A stretch of 64,000 nt of DNA, from contig NOWV01000224.1 in the NCBI GenBank assembly GCA_003344405.1, positions 1 to 64,000 on the forward strand, in the 5' to 3' direction. This stretch comes from Trichoplax sp. H2 (lineage: Eukaryota). The translations under genes were made by a program, and so were the position numbers. Below the pieces are notes generated by a model, which searched no databases, was not told where the DNA came from, and saw only the letters and a program-made list of their open reading frames with translations. This document shows positions 52,942 through 64,000 of the stretch, piece after piece (the stretch's first letter is position 1; every line of letters starts with the position of its first letter).

Positions 52942-55900
52942 TATTTCGGTCACAGCTCCTCTTATAGTAAAAAAATTGGACAACATCAAATTGAACCAAA
53001 ATGAACTCTACGATGAGTCAGTTTGTAGTGTGTTACGAGTAGACATCACTGCTTCAATTGATTTATCGACGCAATGTAATGTACAAATGATCTATCTAGA
53101 TCTTGTTATTCTATCAGCGATGTTCTCCATGACTAACTGCTACTTACTCTATCTTCGTCTTCGTATGTATCGTTACGACTAGTGAAAAATCTCTTACAAC
53201 AATCAACAAAGATGACTGCAAGATTTTGGACCAATTTAGTGGTAATCCACTTACAATACGTTGGATACTAGGCATACGTGTATTGATTTCTTCTACAGAA
53301 CGTACCATTGCAAGAATTAAAATTGATCTTAGACTAATAATGTTCTTCCTCGGATATTCGATTGAATTGATAGATCGTCGACGATCGTGTACCACTTTCT
53401 TACAGGGATTAATAAATGTTGTACGCAATTCGATAGACACCGGTAATGAAAGTCCTGTAGTTTTGGAACCGACGAGGTAAAATCGTTCGTCCCCAGACCG
53501 TAATATTATTATTGATCACCGATTATTATATTCTTTCCAATATATGAAGCGTTTCTGGTTCGCAAAGAGTTTGCTACATAATAATTTAATTTGTATATTG
53601 TAGTAGTAAGGCTGATAATAATAAAAATCAAGTAATTGAAGTCGAAAGCTGCCAAAATTCAGATGACTCCAAAGTAATAATTCAACAAAAGATTAAAATG
53701 CTACAAGCATCCGATAGGTAACGTTAAAATCTGTTCAAGAGTTTACAGTTGTACATCCGATACTATAGTAGTCATACTATACAAGGCATTCAATTTTCGT
53801 CTTGCTAATGTGCAACTTCGCTTAATTACTGTCTACTAATATGATAGGTCAAAGAGCGTGATAGTTCCTGAAGAAGATAGTAAATTAAACGTAAAGAATG
53901 AATTCGCTAAGCGAGAATATCCTGTGAAAGAAGAATTTTCAAAGAGGTAGCGTGCAGTCACTTTTATTAATGCTTGTCACAGTATGTAAATATTGTAATT
54001 TAGACAGAATTTGATAATGTATGCAGATTAGAATTGAATTAATACTGTACTGTACACAGTATTAATCAAAACCTTTCTTGCCGAAATTTCGATTATTTTG
54101 ATAATCATCAGGTAGTAACTACGCTAACCTATTATACAATCTAATCTTTAGAAAGCAGTCTTGTTTCGATTGTCTGAATTTACGTACATACAGTCTTTTA
54201 TCTAAAATGTGATTTGAACTTTTATCGATTTTAATCAATCATAACTGCAAATAATGAAGCTACGTATATCCAGTCATGATCAAAATTAGAGTTTGCATTA
54301 CTTCAAAATTTGTAGATCTGTTTCGGATCAGGATTATAAAATCTCCTAAAATGTGAAAATTCCTACTACATATTTAACTTGTCGTCGATGTAGAGTAACA
54401 ATTATAAGAGTTAGTATTATTTCACAACATGCAGTTCATTAACACTCGTCATATTTTACAATCGTGTTAGTATTGCTCTCACTCAGCTTACTACAGTGCA
54501 GTACACGCAACTTAAAAGAGTTTATATTCGTTTTAATTGAGATGATCATCTTGTTGATTGACAATTATCAATTTGCCATCTTGATCTTGCTACTTTAAAT
54601 CGACACGAAGGTAATATTCGATTAATATGAATATAGTGTACGGATAATATTATACACGTATTCGATTGAAAAATTTTGCGATTAACTGGAGGTCTTATTT
54701 CTGTGTAGAGCACGATACCCGAGAAGACAGTTTGTATATGCTAGGCCTGCAGATGAACATTGGTGGTATAAATGTTGGTTAATAGCTCTTTCTTTTAATT
54801 ACGTTAACTCTAAAGAAAATTGAAACACCTACTTTTAAATCATCATTGATATCCGTATAGCTTAAGAATAGCTGCGCTTACAATGTCGGTCTACAATGCA
54901 TTTTTAAACTTTATTCATAGGTTCAATCAACAACGTTACAAAGGATCAAAATGGACATGTAAATGGATATCGTGCTAATGATTTAGATTTGCACTGTATT
55001 TACCAGTATATAATTGATTAAAGTTGATAGATTTCACTTTTAATGCTCATAATCCTTTAGAATATATCTAAACATGATATTGGTAATTTTATTTTACTAT
55101 TAGCCGTTGCTTACCTTGTTATATATTTTATTGTTTCCTGATAACATTGGATAAATTATTCAGCCAATTACATATGAATTGAAATCATTAAAAAAGAGAA
55201 AGATTGTCATTACTGAACAACATCATATTGCGCACGATACTATCCCTCTAAGATCAGAATTAAGAATCGGTTTGCGAATTATAGGTATGATGAAATTTAA
55301 CTAGCTGCAGCTTAAATATTGACCTATCAGGCTATAAATTGCCCATTGGTTTATTATAATAATGAATGCGGTCACTTCACCCATTATTGACGCGATATGA
55401 AATCGAAACTTTGATAATATAGGAAATAATGTCTAATTACATTCTATATTTAACGCAAGATAGACTGACGGCTTCCCATGACATATATAATTAACAATTT
55501 TGTGTATTTTAAAATGCAGGACTTTTATCATATTTCAGTAGGGTCTCACTTTTATTCTTTATTCCAGCGTTTTACGGCATAATCAAAAAATATAAAGGTG
55601 GCCTTATCGCTGAGGTGCCATCAGAATCCAATAATGACAGGTATATAGTATTTTACTAATACATTATCTTACGGTACCCATTACTGTTAGCTTTAAGAAA
55701 ATAGCAGATATATCAGAAATCAACGGTGATGCGTTATGGTGACGATATTGTTACTTTAGATATTTAATATTCTTTGATGATGGTTTCGTATCGTATTTAC
55801 ACGAGGATAAAATACGAATTGTATGGGATCAAAGCAACAAATTTTGGTCAGACTTAGATAGTGTGACTCGAAGTTTTTTTCAAGAATATTTAACCAAATA

Positions 55901-58900
55901 CCCAGATGTAAGTAAAGTATATCAGTTACAAATTATGCTGGTTAGCATAAATGATACGTTTAGTTGAATGTATAACTTTGAAATAGTTTCCATTAAAAGA
56001 ATTTAGGCTTAAACAGTCAGTAATTGTCGAGTGGAAAGGCTATTGGTGGGACGCTATTATACATTCCCTAGATTGTAGTTTGGTAGAGGTAAGAGTGCTT
56101 TATGTGCTTAAAAATTTTACTGGTATGACAAGTGCACTCGACTTTAGCTATATCTATAATATGAACTACTCTCGAGTTTTTTGAATGGTACAGGAATAAG
56201 TAGGATTGTATCGTTCAAACTTTGGATGATCTTCATTTGTTTTGCTCACTCATGTCAGGTTATGTTTCTAACCGATAAGAAAACAGAAGTGTTATATCGC
56301 GGTACACCTAGAATTGATTTCGCTGATGAGGAAAGCAGTTCTCCAATTAGCGTACGTAATATAGTGATACGGTTTACATGTAAACAGACATTGAGCATTA
56401 CGTTGATAGCGTAATCGCGAAATATAGGCCTTAAATATATTAACTTAATTTCATAATTACTGAAATAAAATGTATTTAGACAAAAGAAAATAGATTTTTC
56501 CTTGTTTATTTATACTTATTAGCTTATATAATTTTACCAATTGCGTGCATTGATTTTGTAACCAGTAAAGTATTGAACAATATTTCAGATCAACGATAGT
56601 GAAGAATGTATGGAAGAAGCCCTTACAGATCATAATTATCATGATCTCGATTTCGGTAGCATGAACTCAGGCTATCTGAAGAAAAAGAAAATTAACACTC
56701 GTCAACATCAGTGCACAATTGCATGCGGAAGAATCGAAGTACCAGATTTACCTACTCAAGTTTGCAACCCACTGCTGATCCCTGAAAAACTTGGATGGAC
56801 TAGGTTATTTAAATTCTAAATTATGCCTTGCTTTCACAGTTTGTATAAAAATTGATCAAATTTTTTTGTAACTTCAAATAATTTATAAGATGATGATTTT
56901 ACGAATGATCTACTGTGCTTATTTCTTATATAGAAAACCTATTAAAGGAAGGCGATTTGAGGACCAGTCATATTATTATATTGCTCCATGCTCAAGGAAA
57001 CTAGTAAGTTACAAAATTCATTATTATTAATTTTGAACAGGGTCTTTATCATTGACTCTTTTGCTTTATCAGACAGACTTGACGGAAATTAACAACTACT
57101 GTAAGTAGCAGATAGTGCTATCCTGGTCAAACATACGGTAGCTCTGCATTGCATTCACGTCAGATTAAAAAATAAAATTGACATTTAAATTTATATACAC
57201 TTTGCAGTAATATTGACTAAAACTAAGAACGTCTCGATCGACCATTTTGCGGTGGAAAGTATCACAATTTCAAATAACTCATTTGTACCTGGAAAGGTAA
57301 CTCATTCTTAGATTCTGTGATAATCACAATTTTTTTATGCAATCATCTGCCTATCAATATATTGCATAACTTATGTTTGAAGGTGTTTGTTGTTACTGTT
57401 CCTACCTACCGCTAGTTTTTATCGGAAAATTTGATATTTGCTGTTGTACGGATAGTAATATATTAAATAATATAATTAAGGTCAAGATTGATCAATCTAC
57501 TTTAAAATTCTGCAGGATCCGTTTTATTATTGCGTCGATATAACTAACGGTTTGGAACGGGTGCCGATTTCGGTAAACTAAATCAGTTATGCTAAATACC
57601 TTGATGATATGTTTTCAATGATAACTGCATTTTTCTTATCAATTTAGTGTATGAATGAATCCGATATCACCCAAGTCTCGGAGTCATTTACTTATATCGC
57701 TGACAGTATTTGTATTGATGGACTAGAAATTCCGTCCGATCCTGATTTTATGGTTTGCTGCAACTGTAAGGATAATTGTTTAGTAAGTAAGAATGGAGAT
57801 TTTTTGGGTAATAAGGCTCTGTCGAGATAGTATACTTATTTTTAATTTTTTAAATTTTAGGATAAAACTAAGTGTGAGTGTCAACGATTGACATATACAA
57901 GTAATGCTGCTGTATTTGGTAGATCGACACATTCAGTTGGATATGAACTAAAGAGACTTGCCGCACGTGTTTTGACTGGGTTTGTAAGAGTTTGTAGTGC
58001 GTATGCTATAATATCATACAGATGAAAACCTTTGCTTTGTTTAATAGTATACATTAAATTTTCGCAATTGTTGTATCTTGTTAAAAAAGTGAATGATGCA
58101 TGATAGTATTTACATTTAAAATTGTCTAGTTTATATCAGAAGATGCCTAATAGCTCTATGATAGTACCACAACTGTCTTCTATTACTACCTAAAATATAC
58201 ATTCAATCAATCGTATAACGTTTGTAGTACCGATGTCTTGCTGCATGGGTAATTTTATTATTATTTTTTTATTATAGAATTTATGAATGTAATCCACGAT
58301 GTACTTGCAAGAGAAATAAAGCCGGGCAATGCTATAACTCTGTTGTTCAAAATGGAATTCAGCATCGACTACAGGTTTTTATGACAACCAAGAAAGGGTG
58401 GGGTGTTCGAACGTTAGATGATATTCCAAAAGGAGCTTTTGTATCGATGTATGCTGGTGTTGTAATTACTGAACAAGAAGCTCAACATGTCAGTAGCATT
58501 TTGATTCTGATTTCATTACGCTTGAAGGCATAATGCATACACCTGCGAAATAATTCATATTACGTTTTGCTATTGCATCCTGTTATTAACAGAGAGGAGT
58601 TAAGCATGACGATCAATATTATGCGGAATTGGATCTTATCGGTTAGTAACATTTTCAACGACAGCAAACTCTCTTGAGATAAAGTTAATTTTATCTTAAG
58701 TGAAATTTGATGCTTTCATCATAAGCGTCTTTAATAAATTAACTTATTTGAACTCAGAAATGATCATTGGATCACAAGAGGCTAAGAAATCGAAAGATTG
58801 TAGATCTTCAAAAGAAGAGAACAATAAAAAATCGAACAAAAATAAGTAAATCTTGCTTTCTTGTGATCTTTGAGTACTTTTTATAGAAAATGTATCAATA

Positions 58901-60034
58901 CGAATTCTACCTAGATAATGTAATCAATATGATGTAAATTTTTTTCAGAACATCGAGCAAAGAAGATTTAGAGAATTGTAGCGATAATTTATCGGACCAG
59001 TACAATCGGTCTTACTCAGAAAAGGATGCTACTTCCAATTGGTTTGTGTATGGTTGTTGTTACTAGATATTTATTAACTAGTCTACAACTGAAGTCATGA
59101 TATGTGCATAGAATAGCATAGCTTAGAATTCTATTACAATCTGATAACCAGGGATCACCATATTCATAGACGTTATAAAACTACTACTAAGAGTGACGAT
59201 CCTTTTATATCGTCAGCTATGGTTGATTTGACATGGTATACTTTAATGTAACGTACCATATAAGGTTGAACAGTAGTCACTCGTACTTTGAATGACATAG
59301 CTTTATCATAGTTTTGAAGATGTGGTGTCTACGTCAGAAGAAAATCGGCAGAACAGCATTGAATATTATCATGATAGCTTATCGGAAAAATTATTCGATG
59401 TTGAAGGTATTATAGCATAATTCTATCAAGTGTCCAATTCCAGCGATAAATTCTACGTATATGTTGAGGTATATTATCTTTAATTAGTCTCAGACGATGA
59501 AGATAGAACTACGATTGGCAAAACTGTAGAAATAGAAGGTGAAGAATTTAGACAATTACATGGTGGCTCATCGGAACCCTTCATCGTTGATTCTAAAAGA
59601 ATTGGCAACATAGGAAGATTTTATAACGTAAATTAAAATTTTGAGTAATAGTGCTGGAATAAGCTTTGTTCAGATATTATTGAACGATATGTATCTCGAA
59701 GAGCTTGAATTCTATGTAGTATCTCATTATGATTGAACTTTTATAACAGCATAGCTGTGATCCGAATATGTTTGTTCAGAATGTTTTTTGGAAAACACAA
59801 GATTTAAGATTTCCGACGTTGTCGTTCTTTACGTTAAGGTAATGGTATTGGCTAGTTATAAGTGATGATGGTGTCTTTTAAATTGATTTTATGATGGCTT
59901 TTAATATCATGGATAGATCTATTCCGGCTGGTAGTGAATTGACTTGGGATTATGGCTATGAAATGGGAAGTGTTGAGGGAAAAGTCAAATATTGCTTTTG
60001 TGGTGCTAGTAATTGCCGGAAAAGGCTGTATTAG
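52942..60034 (+). CDS. SETDB1: SETDB1/eggless-like H3K9 methyltransferase (Tudor domains, MBD, pre-SET, bifurcated SET, post-SET); 5' end not resolved
   Basis: Exons (first two tentative): 52942-53016, 53183(or 53406)-53476, 53604-53717, 53848-53946, 54709-54773, 54921-54958, 55164-55284, 55568-55640, 55760-55907, 55987-56088, 56259-56351, 56589-56803, 56934-57003, 57073-57100, 57208-57296, 57516-57572, 57648-57782, 57861-57979, 58278-58488, 58593-58641, 58758-58845, 58949-59041, 59152-59234, 59312-59406, 59488-59627, 59750-59838, 59917-60034. Motifs [93 protein letters not shown]. Confidence 0.9.
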
Positions 60035-61229
60035 CTTATTTCATTTAATTGATAAATTAAAACTGTTACTCTACAACGTTTCTACTACGTAATCATTGTT
60101 AACCTTAAATGTCTTAATTTTTAATTGACATCTGCTAGCTAAAAAACAATGTTATTAGAGACTTATAATGTTGAAACAAATACCAAGATTGTTGTGGCGT
60201 AATTTTACATGAGAACCTTCCTATCGATGAATAGCTTTACTTGGTTATGAACTATTTTAATGCGCCCTGTAAAAATAACGTTGCAATGAGAATTGATGCT
60301 GGAAAGTTGTGCATGCTATGTTATGGATCTTTAAAAATGCATTCAATAAATTCAAAAGTATATCGCCTAATCTCTCAAGCTCACCAGTAGTGATTGCTTG
60401 AGGTAATTTCGAATACCATTCAATCAGTAGCGATATCAGACATTTGTCTGCGTAAATGGTTTCAAATATTTGATGCAATTCGATCAACCGATTATATTGC
60501 TTTCAATATCTCTACATACTGCAGTGATTGTATTTCTAAAGCCTAAATACTAATGTGTAAAACGTTTCATTGCTCGATCGCAACTATCACTGACGTTGAT
60601 AAGCAGTTATTAATTCGTGGTCATTAAAAGGTAAATTACATATGTTGCGTGTGTGAAGTAATTTTTTATTCTGTTTATTATTAAGATGATTACTATTAAA
60701 ATTATAAATGAAGGAGACTATAGCGAATGACGACGATTCATTACTAGCTAACTTCCGAGAGTGAAGGGAAGTATCAGACTGTATCGTGTACAACTTGTCG
60801 AGTAGCAATCATAATGAATCGATTTATACTACGAGTACTGTACTGATGAAATGACCTTTTGGCATGCTTGTGTAGCAGTCTTTGCTGCGAAGCAATGTGA
60901 ACCTGTCCACTAAATCCATTTGATTGTTCACATCAGTTCAATATTGCTCATCATTCAAATTTCACTACTGCTAGGCTTGATAAGATTGAGTTTATTTTCA
61001 GCTTGTATCAACTTTTCTTGTGTACGAAGGCAGATTAGTAAAATTAAGTTAGATCTATCCAAAACAAAGCCTTCATCATCCATTCTACATACATAGATGA
61101 ACTATAGAAATACGAAAGGAATAACGTGGTGTGACTGAAGAAGTGAAGGGATAAGATACCCATTTTGAATGGTAACGTTCTAAAGGGTAGCATTGAACAA
61201 ATTTACTGGAGCAAGATACACGAGCCAAT

Positions 61230-62195
61230 CTAGGCTAGCTTTTGACGAATGATATCTTCCAATTTGACCGCATCAACAGCAAATTTACGGATACCTTCCG
61301 ATAATTTTTCAGTAGCCATTTGATCTTCATTCAATAACCAACGGAATTCAGATTCATTTAAAGAGATTTTGTCAGCGGATGATTGCTTGGCTATGTCGAC
61401 CGACAATTTGCGCGGCACCGATTGAGAAGAATTGGTTAGTTTTTCCAAAAGAGCAGGACTAATAGTCAAGAGATCACAACCAGCTAATTCAGTAATTTGA
61501 TCTGTGTTCCTAAATGATGCACCCATGACTTCCGTTTTGTAGCCGAACTTTTTGTAGTAATTGTAAATTTGTGTTACACTTTTTACGCCAGGATCTTGTG
61601 ATGGTTGAAAAGAAGACTGGCCAGTATTTTTGACATACCAGTCGAAAATTCTGCCGACAAAAGGTGAGATTAAGGTGACACCAGCTTCAGCACAGGCAAC
61701 TGCTTGAGCGAAAGAAAATAGTAATGTCATATTACAATGGACACCGTCTTCACTTTCTAATATTTTGCCGGCTTGGATGCCCTCCCATGTTGAGCTGAGC
61801 TTAATTAAGATTCTTTCCTTGTCAATTCCAATATCGTTGTACAACTGGATAAGACGGCGAGCACGTTGAAGCGAACCTTGGACATCGAAAGAAAGTCGGG
61901 CATCGACTTCCGTAGAGACGCGACCAGGGATTAACTTCAATATCTCTGCACCAAAGTTAACCGCTAATAAATCCATAGCCCATTCAATTTGGCCGTTGAT
62001 ATCGTCAGCGCGTTGTTTGGCTTCTTCGACTGCTTTCTCCAGTAAATGTTGGTATTCAGGCATTTTACATGCAGCCAAAATGAGCGAAGGATTGGTAGTT
62101 GAATCTTTAGGTGAATACTTGCCAATCGATTCGAAATCGCCAGTATCTGCTACCACGTAGGTATAGCCTTTGATTTGTTCTAAAGCTGAGCTCAT
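61230..62195 (-). CDS. TALDO1: Transaldolase, 321 aa, single uninterrupted ORF
   Basis: Motifs [41 protein letters not shown] (Schiff-base Lys), [25 protein letters not shown]. Confidence 0.97.
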   Translation of the reverse strand: MSSALEQIKGYTYVVADTGDFESIGKYSPKDSTTNPSLILAACKMPEYQHLLEKAVEEAKQRADDINGQIEWAMDLLAVNFGAEILKLIPGRVSTEVDARLSFDVQGSLQRARRLIQLYNDIGIDKERILIKLSSTWEGIQAGKILESEDGVHCNMTLLFSFAQAVACAEAGVTLISPFVGRIFDWYVKNTGQSSFQPSQDPGVKSVTQIYNYYKKFGYKTEVMGASFRNTDQITELAGCDLLTISPALLEKLTNSSQSVPRKLSVDIAKQSSADKISLNESEFRWLLNEDQMATEKLSEGIRKFAVDAVKLEDIIRQKLA

Positions 62196-62435
62196 TTTCT
62201 TTCTGTGTGGTAATAGCTTGAAATGGATTCTTACCCTTACAAGATTGGAATGTAGTTAAGGTCAAGATGACGACGAGAAACGACGAGCTGGCAAGCTTGC
62301 AAAGTTCAGTCCAAGCAGAAGTTTTCTCTCCACCTTCTGAACAGCAAATCAATATACAAGCCCATACTAAAATACTATCGTCACCGTGGGGCTACAGCGC
62401 ATAGTCGTCCTTTTGCGCTTGCCCAGTCAGTCAGC

Positions 62436-63640
62436 TCATGGTCCAGGCACCGACCAGTACCATGGTACTGGTTGTTCGTCTTTTACTACACTACAGTACA
62501 CTGTGACCAGCTGACCATGGTGTCCAGGCACCGACCAGTACCATGGCATTAGCCATGACACCTTTTATGCGTCTTTTACCACTTAGTCTACTCTACTCTG
62601 TGACCGGCTGACCACGGTACACCGACCAGTGTCATGGCATTGGCCATGACACCTTTTATGCGTCTTTGACTACCCTATCTTGTGACCATCTGACCATGGT
62701 ACACCGACCAGTACCATGGTATTGGCCATGACACCTTTTATGCGTCTTTGACTACTTTACTCTGTGACCGGCTGACCCCAGTACCATGCCATTGGCCATG
62801 ACACCTTTTATGCGTCCTTGACTACTCTACTCTGTAACCGGCTGACCAGTGACCATGGTGACCAGTACCATGCCATTGGCCATGACACCTTTTATGCGTC
62901 TTTGACTACTCTATCCTGTGACCATCTGACCATGGTACACCGACCAGTACCTTGGCATTGGACATGACACCTTTTATGCGTCTTTGACTACTTTACTCTG
63001 TGACCGGCTGACCAGTACCATGCCATTGGCCATGACACCTTTTATGCGTCTTTGACTATTCTACTCTGTAACCGGCTGACCATGGTGACCAGTACCATGC
63101 CATTGGCCATGACACCTTTTATGCGTCTTTGACTACTCTACTCTGTGACCGGCTGACCATGGTGACCAGTACCATGCCATTGGCCATGACACCTTTTATG
63201 CGTCTTTGACTAATCTATCCTGTGACCGGCTGACCATGGTGACCAGTCCATGCCATTGGCCATGACACCTTTTATGCGTCTTTGACTACTCTATCCTGTG
63301 ACCATCTGACATGGTACACCGACCAGTACTATGCCATTGGCCATGACACCTTTTATGCGTCTTTGACTACTCTACTCTGTGACCGGCTGACCATGGTGAC
63401 CAGTACCATGCCATTGGCCATGACACCTTTTATGCGTCTTTGACTACTTTACTCTGTGACCGGCTGACCATGGTGACCAGTACTATGCCATTGGCCATGA
63501 CACCTTTTATGCGTCTTTGACTACTCTACTCTGTGACCGGCTGACCATGGTGACCAGTACCATGCCATTGGCCATGACACCTTTTATGCGTCTTTGACTA
63601 CTCTATCCTGTGACCAGCTGACCATGGTGACCAATGTCAG
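62436..63640. repeat. Minisatellite, about 77-bp unit x 14-15, immediately upstream of TALDO1
   Basis: Consensus CCATGGTGACCAGTACCATGCCATTGGCCATGACACCTTTTATGCGTCTTTGACTACTCTACTCTGTGACCGGCTGA. GACACCTTTT occurs 14 times from 62558 to 63576, with spacing 68-90. Confidence 0.96.
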
Positions 63641-63792
63641 GTCGTCACTGACCATTGTACCAAGATGAGAGGTCATTTTTGTTGATTTTACTCAGGCGCT
63701 TTTCGCTTGCTGGCCCACTGTAGGTGACAGTATGAGATTTTGCTTGTTGACCACCATCCGGTTGAAATGGCCTCCATAGGCATAAGTCCACA

Positions 63793-63984
63793 ATGGTCAC
63801 GCCAGGTCAAGAAGCTCCTCGATCAAGTCTGCTGCTGGCCAATTTCCACTCTACATCAATACTAACTACAGTAAACTACCTAGGTCCAATCCATTATCTA
63901 GCTTACTTTTCTTCCCATCATGGCCAAATCAACTCTATAGAAGAAGAGCAATATCTCCCAATCTCTTTTGACATTGTGGATACC
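63793..63984 (+). CDS. Possible first exon(s) of an unidentified gene running off the window
   Basis: A frame is open from the ATG at about 63793 to the window end. There is an exon-like segment TAG|AAGAAGAG...GATACC|GTAAGT at 63941-63984. No recognisable homology. Confidence 0.2.
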
Positions 63985-64000
63985 GTAAGTGGGCAGTTGG

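Noticed and set aside
19673..60034. Chromatin gene cluster of CECR2, UHRF1BP1 and SETDB1
   Set aside because: Despite its old name, UHRF1BP1/BLTP3 is a lipid-transfer protein, and the intervening genes are functionally unrelated.
61230..62195. Bacterial contamination or horizontal transfer of transaldolase
   Set aside because: Residue signatures look animal-type and the flanks are continuous with the eukaryotic sequence; left open only to phylogenetic testing.
62196..62240. N-terminal NLS-like extension of transaldolase (HRKK before the Met)
   Set aside because: No in-frame ATG before an upstream stop, and the nearby GTAAG donors would give an intron of under 40 nt, shorter than any other intron in the window.
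62436..63640. CRISPR-like appearance of the regularly spaced, palindromic repeat
   Set aside because: There are no unique spacers; whole units are near-identical, there are no cas genes, and the context is eukaryotic.

Overview
AT-rich eukaryotic (animal) genomic DNA with short GT-AG introns and one 20-N assembly gap (52041-52060). Intron size, base composition and protein divergence suggest an early-branching animal such as the placozoan Trichoplax; this is inference, not proof. I spliced six conserved genes by hand: a CECR2-like DDT/WHIM/bromodomain gene (+, 3846-14539), BLTP3/UHRF1BP1-like (+, 19673-28593), fatty acyl-CoA reductase (+, 37467-41984), EOGT (-, 43328-45542, ends in KTEL), a SETDB1-like H3K9 methyltransferase (+, about 52942-60034, 5' end unresolved) and an intronless transaldolase (-, 61230-62195). 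Most short ORFs in the supplied track are spurious or are exon fragments. Intergenic and intronic DNA carries more than ten unrelated local tandem-repeat families. The most notable observations are: (1) a 50-bp element made almost entirely of inverted repeats, with CATGG ends and a perfect 7-bp target-site duplication, whose empty site is visible in sibling repeat units, consistent with a P-superfamily mini-element or excision footprint and with related ends elsewhere in the window; (2) an 18-nt (TTAGGG)3-like segment present in two of three copies of a tandem repeat; (3) a SETDB1 MBD lacking a key methyl-CpG-binding arginine; (4) a duplicated block across the gap that looks like two VNTR alleles. 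I found no prokaryote-type system, CRISPR array or recognisable RNA gene.
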